In this document: piece after piece, positions 14,366 through 27,519 of the stretch
Numbering within the stretch: the stretch's first letter is position 1
Layout: each line of letters starts with the position of its first letter
Assembly: GCF_009914755.1 (NCBI RefSeq)
Contig: NC_060940.1
Strand: one strand, 5' to 3'
DNA length: 64,000 bases
DNA from: the human T2T-CHM13v2.0 reference genome, Homo sapiens
Notes under the pieces: model-generated
What the model was told of the DNA's origin: nothing
Database searches by the model: none
Seen by the model: only the letters and a program-made list of their open reading frames with translations
Translations under genes and position numbers: made by a program

Positions 14366-16374
14366 AATGCATAGTGGCTCAGGTTTATATTCTTCTGTGC
14401 TACCCTATTGTCAGTAAATTTTTTATCTATTGGTTATGAGAGTATTGTAAACAATTTGACATTAGTGATGCATGTTAAATGTCACAGAAGCGCAGAGGGA
14501 AAACGGGAGTTAATTTGGATACCAATGAGCATGTGAAAATGAGCTCAAGGAAAAGTCCCATGGGGAAGCTAACTGAGCAGGACTGTGAAGAGCAGCTAGG
14601 CTTTTTACCAGTGAGAGAAGAAGAAGTTGAAGATAATAACATTGATTTATACAGCAAGGTTGAAGGTGGAGTAAACAGAGAGGAAGACAGTTGTTCCTGA
14701 GCAAGTAAGTGCATGTAAGAATCATACATAAAATAAAGCCAAAAGGTCTTGTAATCAAATCATGAAGGACTTCAAGTACCTAGAAAATGGATTGCAATGA
14801 GAAGTATAGGTAAAGGCGGCTATTTGAGGCCAACATTTTTGTAATACAAAATAATCTCTGCAGTTATAGTAATAAGCACGTATCCATAAATGCTAGTTCT
14901 CTTTGCTGAAAGTCACAGATATTCTCTGTGCTTTTAAAATGTGTCAGTCAAAATACAATAATTGTCAGTAGCTTTTTCTTCTGAGGCAATTTTTTTGTGT
15001 GTATCAATTGATTTTATATTAATGCTACCACTTTTATAAATGGGTTGGTCGTTTGTCCTGCTAATTCTTTTTGACCTTGTTTAGACATGGGGCACCAAGG
15101 CCAAATTTAGGAGGACATTGACATACTGATATTCTTTTAGGTTTTGTTTAGCTTAGTTTTTGATACTTTGTGGGTTTTTTTTTTTTCTCCATGTTTCTTT
15201 ACTAACTTTTCAACTGCGTTTTCTTCTCTGTCTACATTTTTTTCTTGTTAAATCTATGATTATTTTAAATATCATCCAAGAGAAATATTGTTCTTGTCTA
15301 ATAAGGAATAACCAACCTTTTTCCAATACAGCTATGTCCCCTGTTGTATGAATTGAATAGGAGAAACTGAAAAACGGCTTTTGATAAAGTAATATCCTCA
15401 AAACTTTTTTATTAGGTTGCTCCTTAGTTTATTTCAGTTTTATGATGATGATGATGATGTTTTCGTATTTATTTAGTCAGTAACTCTTTATAGATCACCT
15501 TCAGCTTTTCAGGTTCTTTAATCCTGGATGTGCAAACAGTGATCCAGCTGTCATATTCAAGACCTTTATAGTTTAATATACACCATATAGGAAAAAAATA
15601 TGGATAGTCAGATTATGCCCAAGAAAATCAAAATAATGGTCTGTTCTTTCTATGACACTTTTCTACTTCTAATCCCCTTATCCTTCAACTTTATTTTTAG
15701 TATAGCTCTCACTGAGTGAATACCATCAACTAGTTTTCTGATTTCTACAAAATACATGGAAAGTCTTTTCCTACAAAGCCTTCTCAGAATTACTCTATCA
15801 CATCCTAACTTCTACCAGTTCCATGCTTATTTGCATTTACATGATTCTTTCCTGTTTTCATTGTTCTTGGTATTTGCCATCTCAAGCAGAATTTCTGGAT
15901 AATAAAGGTATTTTTTTTCTCTCTCTCTTCACTCCGTATCCCTAGTTCCTAACACACTGCTGGCTACTTAATGAGATGTAGTAAATGTTGATTGATTTAC
16001 TATCTTAGAGAAACAATATACTCAGTTTTCTTGAAAAGTAGTTATTTAGAATATTGGTTTTTGTAGCTTTCAAAACATAGAAAATATAAATCTGAATTTC
16101 AACTACAGCAATGAGATAATGTTCTTGTTTCTGTAAAATGGAGATAGATTCTATTCCTGAGATAGTGAATCAATAAGTCATCAATTGGCTGATGGAGTAA
16201 AATTCTCTCTTTCCAAAGCATTACTGTAGCTCACAAAAATCAATGTATAATTTATAAATATGTGTAATAAATAAATTCAAGGATATTCATACAATATAGT
16301 ACAGCAACAAAGACATATGAATTAGCTTTAAGTGTGTATAATCATGGCTGAGTCTTTAAAATAACAACAACTCA

Positions 16375-16672
16375 AGCAGAGTGGCTCACACCTGTAAATC
16401 CCAGCTACTTGAGGGGCTGAGGTAGGAGGATCACTTCAGGCCAGGAGTTCAATACCAATCTGGGCAAGATAACCAGACTATTTCAACAACAATTAAAAAA
16501 AAAAATACCCTAGATGGGTGCATGTTTCTGTAGTCCTAGCTACTTAGGAGGCTGAGTCAAGAAGATTTCTTATGACCAGGAGTTTGAGGCTAAGGTGATC
16601 TATGATTGCACCACTGCACTTCAGCCTGGGTGACAAAGTGAAACTCCTTAAAACAACAGCAACAAAACAAAC
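16375..16672 (+). mobile_element. Alu (AluJ family)
   Basis: Diverged dimer with AluJ-type right arm (CCAGGAGTTTGAGGCT...CTATGATTGCACC). Confidence 0.92.
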
Positions 16673-18099
16673 ATAACATTGAATGGCACAAAAAAGTACT
16701 AATAAAGTTTGATCCGAAGGACAGGATTTATATAAATTGTAGAAAAAAATCATACATTAAAATATGTACTGTATATGAGAACATGCATTTGTAAATATAC
16801 AAATATAATAAAAGCTTTAAGATATTAATGGATGCACAGCAATTTATTGATATTAATTATATTTAGGGAGGAAGAAAAAAGATGAATATTCGGGGAGATG
16901 TTAACTCTTTGTAACATAATTTATTTTAAAGCAGTGAAATAAATATATAATTATATAAATAAATATATAAAATAATATCATGTGTTAAGTTATTTGAGTA
17001 GACGAACATCAGTTGTATTATTTTCTATATTCCTGGACACTTAGAATTTGAAGAAACGATATGTAGCCCTATGTATATGGTAATTAATGTAACTATGTAT
17101 ACATGTATGTATGCATATATGATTTAAGATAATTATATACATGCACACACACATACCCATGCACATATGTATTATATATTATATTATCTATACAATAAAA
17201 GTGTTTTAACCTGAAATTAAAGATAAATATAAGCAACACTATTGTATGGTCTCAACATTAAATAATTTAAAGTTTGTTCTTAATATACTCAGAAAAGAAA
17301 ATGTACTTTCCAGCTTGGCCTCAGAATTTAAGTGGACATCATCCTTCTCATTTAACCATTTTCACATAGATATCTAAATGGCATACCTGATAATTTTTTT
17401 CTTTCGTACTTTGAGTTCATGTTTGTTTGATCAATTAATTCGTTCTTTTTCTAATGTAAGAGAGAAATATATTTCTTGGTTATATCACACCATGTATTTT
17501 CTTCCCATATGAAGATCTTTTGCTTTGATGAGAGAAGTAAGCTAGGACATTTGGGCCTTTCTGCTTTTGCATTCACTCAGAGAAGTCATACTGTCCCCAG
17601 TGGGGGAGAAAACATAGTTACTACTTTTATATCTGTATCCTATTGCCCCTGAAAAATATTACCTTTAAAAAATCTATATGAAGCTCTTCTTTGCTTATGT
17701 AATTTGTGTTCATTACAAGTAAAAGAAAATATAATTTAGAAAGCGTTATCAGGCCAAAAACAAAAGATAAAATGGCATCTAGATTTCATGAGTTAGTGCA
17801 TCAGTCTGTAAAGGGATGGAAATAATATATACATATACACACACACTATTTTTTTCTTATTTATTGAGGAAAGTTTTAGAATAACTAGAAGACAATACAG
17901 AGGTCATAAGAATATATTTGAAGTATATACTTCATATTCGTGTGTCTTCTTGACACCTTTTTCAAAGATCAGTTGACCTGATCTTTGAATAATTATCTTA
18001 CAAGAGAAAAAATTCTGTAAATAATGTTAATGCAAAGCAGACTCTGCTGAGTAATAAAATAACCCAAAATTCAATTGTCTTAGTCTGTTTATGCTGCAT

Positions 18100-19387
18100 A
18101 TGACATTTACTTGTTCCAAAAACATTTATTAAAGAGATTTTTCCCCACTGAATGCTCCTTGTACCCTTGACGAAAAGCTATTGCAGTAGATTTATGAATT
18201 TATTCCTAGAATCCCAATTCTATTTCATTGGTCTATATATCTATCCTAATGTCACTATTATACTGCTTGGATTACTGTGGGTATGTAGAAAGGCTGAAGT
18301 AAGTAAAGGAGTCTTCCACATTTGTTTTTTTTAACATTGTTTTGGCTATTTCAGGCAAACAGCCTGAAATGAAATTCCATATGAATTTCTAACTTGGATG
18401 TATTTTATTTTCTTTGTTTACCTTATTAGTGTGGCAAGATTTTGCAGTACAATGTTGAATAGCAGTGGGGGGGAAAACTTTTTTTATTGTTCCTGATTTT
18501 AGGGAAAATGCTTTCAGGCTTTCACCATTGAGCAACGTTTGCTGTGAGTTTTTAAGTGTCTTTTTATCATTTCGAAGAATTCTTTTCTATTGCTAGTTTT
18601 CTGAGTGTTTCTATCATAAAAAGGTATTGGTTTTTAATAAGAGCTATGCCTACATCAATTAGGATGATTATGGAGTGTGCGTGTGTGCGTGTCTGTGTGT
18701 CTGTGTGTGTGTGTGTTTTCCCTCATTTGATTAATGCAGTGCATTATCTTGATTTATTTTCTTAAGGTGAATCGTCCTTGTATTCCTTGAATAAATCCAC
18801 TTGGTCACGGTGTATAATACTTCTATACACTGTTGGATGAAGTTTGCTAGTATTTTACTGAGGATTTTTGCATATCTTATTAAGATATTTTTGCCTATAA
18901 TTTTATTTTCTTCTGATGTCCTTAACTGGCTTTGGTATAAGGATAAGGTTGGCCTCATAGAATGAGTTCAGAAGTTTTAACATTTATTATAAGATTTTGA
19001 AAAGATTATTGGAAATTATTCTTTAAATATTTCGTAGAATTTACCAGTGAATCAATCTGGTATTGGACTTCTCTTGGTTAGTGACCTTAAAATTATTGTT
19101 ATTATTACTGATTCATTCTCTTTACTAGTTAAATCTATTCAGATACTCCATTTTTTCTTTTGTCAGTTTCAGTAATTGTGCATTCCTAGGATTTTGTCCA
19201 TTTCATCTAAGGTTATATCATTTGTTGTCATAGTTTTTAATAATATTCTTTTGTAGTTTTTTTTTTCTGTTAGGTTGGTAGTAATATTCCCAACTTAATT
19301 TCTGATTTTAGTTGTTTTTTGTTTGTTTGTTTTGTGGTCAGTCTAACCAATGGCTTGTCATTTATTTTATCTTTTCAAAGAATTAAC
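18100..19387 (-). mobile_element. Old LINE-1 (L1M) ORF2 segment; host element that resumes at 21999
   Basis: Degraded ORF2 antisense (ORF 18731-18958 KILSKILAN..IQQ); ends CTTTTCAAAGAATTAAC. Confidence 0.8.
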
Positions 19388-19501
19388 ATTTTTGTTTTTT
19401 TTTAATGACAAACTTTTGATTTTGTCTTTTTATTTGATATATCTTGTTAAGTGATCACCACGATCAAGTGAGTTTACATATCCATCACCATTCATGGTTA
19501 C

Positions 19502-19504
<3 letters not shown>

Positions 19505-19542
<38 letters not shown>
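19505..19542. repeat. (TG)n microsatellite
   Basis: Perfect TG run. Confidence 0.97.
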
Positions 19543-19543
<1 letters not shown>

Positions 19544-20177
19544 TAAAAAAAATTAAGGTCTACTTTCTTAGTAAATTTCAAGTGTATAATAAGGTATTAT
19601 TACTGTAGTCATCACGATGTACATTAGTCCCCCATAATTATTCATCTTACAGCTCAAAGGTTGTATCATTAACCACCATCTCCCAATAACTCCTACCCTC
19701 TCAAACTCTGATGACCACCACTCTACTCTTTGTTTCTACAGGTTCAAATTGTAGACTCCACAAGTAAGTGAGATCATATGACATGTGTCTCTCTCTGACT
19801 TATTTCACTTAGCATAATGCCCTCAATGACCATATTGTGCCCATATGACAGGATTCTCTTCTTTTTTATGGCTGGATAATATTTTGTTTTATATATGTAT
19901 AAAACAGATTGTGTGTGTGTGTGTGTGTGTGTATATACACTATATATATAGTATATACACCAGATATATATACACACATATATTTGTTTATATATGTAAG
20001 TATATATACACACACATGCATTTGTATATACACACTAGATTTTCTTTATGCATTTGTCCATTGAGAGACAATTAGCTTCTTTCCACATTGTGGCTATTGT
20101 AAATTTTGCTGCAACGAATATGGAAGTGCAACTATCTCTTCAATATACTGGTTTCATTTCATTCAGATATATATTTC

Positions 20178-20503
20178 TGTGGTTTTAATGGGTACCCTCC
20201 AAAATTCAGTGCTTGCCAATGAGAGGGCGTTAAGAAGTGGGGTCTTTAAAAGGTAATTAAGTAATGAGAGATTCTCTCTTCCTGAATGTGATTAGGTGTC
20301 CTTATAAAAGGGCTTGAGAGAGAGGGTTCACTCCTTTCATTCTTCTGCCTTCTGCCATGTGAAGACACAAGAAGGCGGCCCTCACCAGATGCCAATACCG
20401 TGATCTTGGACTTCTCAGCCTCCAGAACTTTGAGATATACATTTCTGTTCTTTATAAATTATTCGGTCTCAGATATTATGTGATAGCCAGACAAACTAAG
20501 ACA
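20178..20503 (+). mobile_element. MaLR solo LTR (MSTD/MLT1A-like)
   Basis: TG start; CCCTCACCAGATGCC..GATCTTGGACTTCTCAGCCTCCAGAAC; ends ACTAAGACA. Confidence 0.85.
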
Positions 20504-23039
20504 TCTACTTAATAGTAGGATTTCTGGATCATACGATAGTTTTATTTTTAATACTTTGAAGAGCCTCCATATGGTTTGTATAGTGGCTATACCAAATTAC
20601 ATTTCCGCCAGTGGTGTAAAAGCGTTCCTTTTTCTTCATTTCCTTGCCTACACCAGTTTTTTCTTGTCTTTTTGGGAATAGCCGTTCTAACAGGTATGAA
20701 GTGATATCTAATTATGATTTTGAGTTGCATTTTCCAGATGATTAGTGATGTTGGACAACTTTTTGTGTATTTTTTGGCTGTTTCTTTTTTTCAAAAAAAG
20801 TCTATTCAGTTCCTTTGCCCATTTTAAAATTGTAATATTGTTGTTTTTGCTATTGAGTTTTACGAATTTCTTATATATTTTCGATACTGACCTCTTATCA
20901 GATACATGGTTTCCAAATATTTTTCCCATTGCATAAGTTACCATTTCATTTTAATTTGCTGGTATTTGCATTCATGGGGAACTGTGTGCTAGACTCTATG
21001 ATGTGATATTACAGTTGGGCAAGGTCCCTGGCTGGATTATTTCACTGGGTAGGGCCACTGGCTATGCTTTGTGGTTTGTCAGGGTCAGTACTAATCTAGC
21101 AGGTTGGGCTGGGCAGCAAAATATGCTTTGCAACTATATGGGGTTGCTGGCTGGGCTCCCTGCCCAGGCAGGGTCATGCACCATGCTGTACAACTGAATT
21201 TATCTGTAGACTGGGTTCCACAGCTATGAAAGCTGAGGGCTGTACTCCGTGGCTGGGTAGAGGTAGGCTGGGCTGTGTGGTGGGTGAGATCACTGGCCAG
21301 ATTCCATAGTTGGGTAAGGCCATAGACTATGCTCCTTATTTTGGAAGGGCTGCTGGTTTGGTTTCCTTCCCAGTCAGAGCCATACATAGGCTGGAATCTA
21401 TGGCTGGGCAGGGCAACTAGCTGAGACTTAAGCCAGGCAGGGCTCTCAGTTATGCACCCTGGCCAAACAGTGCGACTAGTTTGGCTTCAGTGGTGGGTGT
21501 AGCAACTGGCTGAATTATCTGGTTGGGTAATGCTGCCGGCAGAGAGCCAGTGCTAAGATTCACATGCAGGTCAATATTAGCTTACCCTCCTTTTTTCCTA
21601 GCTGAGCGTAGGTGGTATAGCTCTGCAAATTCCCTCAGTGCTCCCCCTAAAATAAAAAAAGAAGTGGGCCTCTCAGAAAGTGCCCCAGAATATTGGAGAA
21701 GTTTCATATCTGCCTTGGGCTCTCTTTTTTCCACTGGAGAAACTATAAGCCCAAGGCAACTCTTGGTATGGCTCTGTGCTGCCCAGGGGAGGGGTGTTAT
21801 AATTAAAGTTAAAGTGCCCCTTATACCTGTCTAATGTGGCTTTTCTCAGTTTTTCTAGTCCAAGAGGGTGCATCAGTCACATCTTTAGATTCTACCTAAA
21901 ATTTTCACAAAGGCCTTCTTGCCTGTGAAAAGCTGCTTGTTGGTCTGTCTGTGAAAGAAACTAAAGCTGGGAACTTCTATTCTTCCTCTTGCCAACACTC
22001 AATGAACTAACTTGGTTTTGTTAATTCTCTGATTTTTTTTCTATAATCTGTTAGATTTATCTCCATCCTATTCTTTATTTTTTTTTGCCAGCTTTGCATT
22101 TAGTTTTCCCTTCCACTCTAGTTTTTGAAGTGTAAAGTTAGCTTATTAATTTGAGATTTTTTTTAAATATAGGCATTTATTGCAATACTTTTTTTTCTGA
22201 GCACTGCCTTTGTTGCATCCCCTAAGTTTGGCTCTACTGTGTTTTTATTTCATCCGTTGTAAATATTGTGTATTTTTACTTGTGTTTTCTTCTTTCAGCC
22301 CCTGGTTGTTTAAGAGTGTTTTGTTTAATTTCCACATATTTGTGAATTTTATAGGTTTTTTTTTTTCCTGTGTTTTAATTTCTAGCTCCATTCTATTGTC
22401 AGAGAAGGTACTTGGTGTGATTTAAATATTTTTAAATGTATTGAAACTCATGTTGTGGCCCAACATATTGTCTATCTTAGAAAATGTACACTTGAGAAAA
22501 ATATGTATTTTGGTGTTGTTGGATGAAGTGTCCTATACATGTTCATTAGCTCCTGTTGGCTTATGGTGTGCTTCAAGTCCTCTATTTCCTTAATGATCTC
22601 TTGTCTAGATAATCTTTTCATTATTGTAAGTGAGCTAATGAAGTTTCCAACTATAATTCTAGAATCGTCCATTTCTTCTCTCAATTCTATCAGTGTTCAT
22701 ATATTTTGGAACTCTGTTATTCTGTACATAGGTGTTCAGAGTTGTTATGCTTGGTAATTAATATTTTTAATCATTATGTAATGTCTTTGTTGCTTTTAGC
22801 AGTTTTGACTTAATTATTTGTGTCTACTATTACAATAGGTAGGCTAGTAATCAAAAGATTACGCTTTACATTACTGTTTGCATAGAATATTTTTACCATG
22901 ATTTTACTTGCAAAATTTTGTGTCTTGGGAGCCGAAGTGAAATTTTTGCAGACAGCCTACAGTTGGATCATGACTTTCTTATCCAGTTGGCCAATTTCTG
23001 CTTTTTAAATAGTTAACAAATTTATATTTAAAGTACTAT

Positions 23040-23352
23040 TTATTAATTTTTGTATTTAATATAGGGTCTTCCTCAGTTACCAGGCTGGAATACAGTGGCA
23101 TGATCTCAGCTAACTGCAGCCTCAACCTCCTGGGCTCAGGGGATCCTCACACCTTAGACTCCCTCACCCTCTTGAATAGCTGGGACTACAGGCATGTTGT
23201 GTGGCATAGTGCCTGGCTAACTTTTTATTTTTTGTAGAGACTAGGTTTCACCATGTTGCTTAGGCTTGTCTTGAACTCCTGAGCTCAAGTGATTTGCCTG
23301 CCTCGCCCTCTCAAAGTGCTGGAATTACAGGACTGAGCCACTGCATCCCTCC
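23040..23352 (-). mobile_element. Alu (AluJ family)
   Basis: CTGCAGCCTCAACCTCCTGGGCTCA AluJ-type antisense dimer. Confidence 0.92.
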
Positions 23353-23533
23353 CTAAACCGCTTATTGATAAGAAAAGATTTATACCATTTTTCCAGTAGA
23401 TTTTGATATGTCATAAGATTATTGTCCCTCATTTTCTCTATTACAGTCTCCTTTTGTGTTGAGTTGATATTTCTTAATGTAATATTTTGATTTCTCTATT
23501 TCATTTGTGTATACTTTTTTAAGATGTTTTCTT

Positions 23534-24679
23534 TTTTAAAGGTACTCAAATACATCAATTTTATTGTTTCTTTATACACATATTTATTTGATACTGAAAA
23601 CGGCAAAAATAGTACATCGGAGTTTCCCTTTATTGCAATTCAAGTTTTGGAAACCAGAAAATCTAATTATTATGCTCTAAACAAACTACCCAATATTTTC
23701 TTCACATTCTTTTTTCACAGGTTACCTTGCTTCAGATTCTTGATGTTGAGTTTTCTCTCACTGACTTTACGCTTCTAAAATACATGAGAATACTTATGTC
23801 CTGTTGGTGCTTCTTTGGGTCAAATCAAGAAGTAGAGCTGAAGTATATTGAAGTTATTCAAATACATTCAAACTACACAGATCCCTTATACATTACTGGT
23901 ATCATGGTAGGAGGAAAAAATACAAGAAGAAAAAGACATCATAGAACTCATTATCAAAATGACTGATATGTAGTCTATGCTAGCATAGAGTAGCTTTCTC
24001 AAGCTCCTCCATAAATTACCAGCAAGAAAGAAAAGTACAGGAATATGGTTTATGGCTGAATTAGCTCAGTGTCACAATTTCCTATACTAGCATTCTCAGA
24101 AGGATCCCATTTGTGATACATGCAAAACTGCAGCCACATTTGAATGATTCACTCCTTGATTCATTCTGAACTCCCTTAAGCCCAGTGTCTGTTCTCTTTT
24201 AAGCCTAGGAAGTATGCCGAGTAACAAGTATCTCAATTTTACCATTCTTTCTTTCTGCAGAGAGCCATGTTCTTACTCCTCTCCTCCTGTAAAGCAAGCC
24301 AACTATGATGTCCTGTAAGATCATTTCTCTTCTATTCTGTTGTTGGGGTAACCTTTTGAGGAAAGAAAAGGGGAATTTGGTACCAGAGTTGAGAGTCAAG
24401 TAACTAAGGTCCTTTATAAACATCTTGGAACAGAAGTTATAAGAAGCTCCTGAATAATCTTGGGAATTTTTTTCAGTGAGCATTTGTAAAGATTCTGGGA
24501 TCAGGCTTGGTTTAAAATTTTGTGATGGGTTCATTGAAGGTCTAGACACAGCACTAAGCTCCTCCTGGATCTTTAGAATCCAGTGGAAACTGATGTTTAA
24601 CTCTCAAACTGCTACAGGTCACCTGGAAAGAACTCTATAGCCTAGAAAGAGCCTGAAAATCCAAGCCCCCCAAAAATCT
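23534..24679 (-). pseudogene. Orphan retroposed non-repeat sequence (3'-UTR retrocopy or L1 3' transduction), ~1.15 kb
   Basis: 12-bp TSD AGATGTTTTCTT at 23522-23533 and 24680-24691; residual T run; minus-strand AATAAA at 23560-23565; TT/AAGA EN-type site; host L1 resumes. Confidence 0.75.
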
Positions 24680-25384
24680 AGATGTTTTCTTAACTGTAGT
24701 GATGGGGAATACAATTAATATACTAAATTCATAAAATATCTAATTTGAATTAATGCCAACTTAGTTTCAAGTTGTATAATTTATTTCTATACAGTTTCTT
24801 TCCCCTCTTTATGTTGTCACAGATTATAATTCATGATAAAAATTATATTTATTTCTATGTATTTTAAAAAATTATGTAGGAAATAAAATGTTAAGTTACA
24901 AAGCATATTACAATATTACCAGCTTCAATTTTATCTGTGTAGTTATCTTCACCAGTGGCCTTTATTTCTTTGAATGGTTTCAAGTTATTGTCTATTATCC
25001 TTTCATTTCAACTTGGAAGACTCGCTCTAAAATATTTTGTAGGACAGTTTCACTTGTTAATAAATTTTGAAAGGTTTTATTTATCCATAAATGTCTTAAA
25101 TTTCTCCTTCATTTTTAAACAATAATCTTCCTAGACATAGAATTCATGGTTGACCTGTGTGTGTGTGTGTGTATTCTTTCATAAGTTTAATATGTTATCT
25201 TTCTGCCTTCTGGCCTCCATTGTTTCTGTTAAAAAATTGACTGTTAATCTTATCAGTGGTCCCTTTTTGTGACAATTTGCCTCTTTCTTGCTGTTTTTAA
25301 GAATTTGTTCCCTTTGGCTGTTTCTTTATAATCTATCTTTCTGTGAATGATTTTACGTTTTTGTAGTTGTAGTTTGTTGAGCTT

Positions 25385-25997
25385 TTTATTTCTTTTTAAA
25401 GAAATGTCATTTTATTATCATATCATTATTACAGAAAATCAAAAGCTGTTGTTCTCATTATATTATTTATATTCCAAAAGCTGGACAATTTGTAGACAAC
25501 GCCCAGTAAGTTTGGATTATAACTATTAGGGTCAGTGCTCTTGTTTATTGTCAATCTTCTCATTTGATTATTTAAGAAGTTCAGATTTTAACCTGGAGTG
25601 CTTATCATTCATATTCCTAAAGAGGGTTGCTTGCTCCAATACATTTGGGAAGATGATTGGTCCAAGTGTAGATTAACTAGAAAAGACTTATCTTGCCCTT
25701 CTCAATGCTGTGAAGTTTTCTGCATCTGGGTTTTGTCTCTTCCTTATTGCAATCTGAAGGAAATCTTGCTACTCCGACTAGAAAAAGTCACTGGACAGCA
25801 ATAACGGAGGCAGTGAAACTTCCTATGTAAAGCTAATGAACATCTCTTAAGTCTGCAAAGCAGGAAATCACCACCTGCTTACGCATTCCATGATCCCTAT
25901 TGTATAGGCTACATAAACAATTAGAGGAAAAAGTGGGGTCCAGAGCTTTTTTAGAACATACATAAACCTAGTTTGTTATCGGAACCTATATAGTATC
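25385..25997 (-). pseudogene. Second orphan retroposed non-repeat sequence, ~0.6 kb
   Basis: 11-bp TSD TTGTTGAGCTT at 25374-25384 and 25998-26008; decayed T tail 25385-25397; minus-strand AATAAA at 25411-25416; host L1 resumes. Confidence 0.72.
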
Positions 25998-27519
25998 TTG
26001 TTGAGCTTATATGTGTAGATTTATGTCTTTCATCAAATTTGAAATATTTTAGGCAACTTTTTTCCCAAATATTTTTCCTGCCTCCTTTTCTCTCTCCTTT
26101 TTCTTTTGGGACCTCCATCATGCATGTGTTGAACTTCTTGAAATTATTCCACAGGTACCTTAGACTTTTTTTCAGTTTTATTCAGTCTTATTTTCTTTCT
26201 TCTACACAGACTGAAAATTTCAACTGTCCTATTTTGAAGTTTTCTGATTATTTCTTCTGCTCGCTCAAATTTATTGTCAAATCCCTCAAATACATTTTTC
26301 ATTTAAGCCATTATACTTTTGATCTCTGGCATTTCTATTTACTTATAATATTTATACTTCTATTTAATTTAAAAATATTTTTATAGATAATTTTATTTAT
26401 AGATAGTGTTCTTTTATTTATGTATAATTTTAGCTCTTTGAGCATATTTAAGACAGTTAATTTTGTCTTCATTCATTAAGACCAGTGTCTGGGCTTCCTC
26501 AGATTGTTTTTGCCCATTTATTTCTTCTTATTTTTCCTCTGAATGAGCCTCACTTTTCTCTTTGTAGTCTTTACAGTATTTTTTCCATTTTAAGCAAGAA
26601 ATGCAATAATGTAACTGTCCTGAACACCAGATTTTCCACCTTTGCTAGGTTTTGCTGTTATTGATATTTGAAGGTTGTGAATGTTCATTTGCTTTGTGAC
26701 TTCTCTAATATTTATTAATGACTTGTTTCCTTGTGATGTGTAGTCACCGAAGTCTCTTTTCTTTAGTTTGTGTTTAACTAGTGTTTTGACACAGATTTCC
26801 TTAAATGCCTGGAGCTACAGAAATTGAATAAAGCAACAATTAAAAAAAAACACAATACTACTTCCAGGATTTATGAATTGGCATTGTGCTGAGATACATC
26901 TTTAGCACTTAGCCAGGTCATGACAAGTCTGCTTCAGCCCTCACTTGCTGCTTGCACTGAGCCAAGAGATCCACCTGTGGTGAAAGCTTAGAGTTTTCTC
27001 GACTCTTTCCTGAGCATGTGCCCTATCCTTGACATGTACGTGGCTTTGTTTCTCCGTTATATGTGGGCACTTTTTAATTCCCTGATTTTCCCCAGCAAAA
27101 AAATATATTTTCCTAGCTTTTCATCCAGCCTATAAGAAGCTTTTTTGTGTGTGCATCTCAACCATAATATTTTACTCCAGGAAACTGAGGGATTTTCATT
27201 GGCCTTATAATGTTTTCGAGCAATGCCTAATGTTTTTATGCCCTGAGTTCCAAGAAAGGAAAAACAGACACAGGCACCTTACAACTTCTTCAGGTATCTT
27301 CCAGACAGATTAGTACAAACATACACAATAATTGTCAGGTAAATCTGTTTTGTTTCTTCTGGAAACATGGATGAGGGTCCCAAACACACACACACGTTTG
27401 TATTTCCCAAATGATATGAGGAGCAAAATAAATGCAAAAAGGGGCAAACCGTAGCTGGAGATAAAGATGACAAGACTATTCAAGAGGGAATCAGAATAAT
27501 GTCAACTGAGAGTTGTCTT

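Larger units (their letters stand above)
19388..21998 (-). mobile_element. L1MA8-10-like element with 3' end joined directly to a 5' UTR (large internal deletion)
   Basis: L1MA 3' end 19400-20960; GC-richer L1 5'-UTR-like 20960-21995 ending in the reverse complement of GGCAAGAGGAAGAATAGAAGTTCCC; flanking TSD-like TCAAAGAATTAAC / TCAATGAACTAAC. Confidence 0.72.
21999..27382 (-). mobile_element. Host old L1 continued (ORF2 endonuclease domain, ORF1, 5' region), interrupted by AluJ and two orphan retro-insertions
   Basis: ORF 22472-22684 (IIVGNF..L..YRTLHP...YIFFSS) resembles the L1 EN domain; colinear L1 resumes after each insertion. Confidence 0.8.

Noticed and set aside
14479-14700. Acidic 73-aa ORF followed by GTAAGT
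   Set aside because: Purine-rich sequence typical of degraded L2 antisense; no homology or acceptor support.
24205-24549. 114-aa ORF inside the orphan retro-insertion
   Set aside because: Non-ATG start and no protein resemblance I recognise; more likely UTR or intronic sequence.
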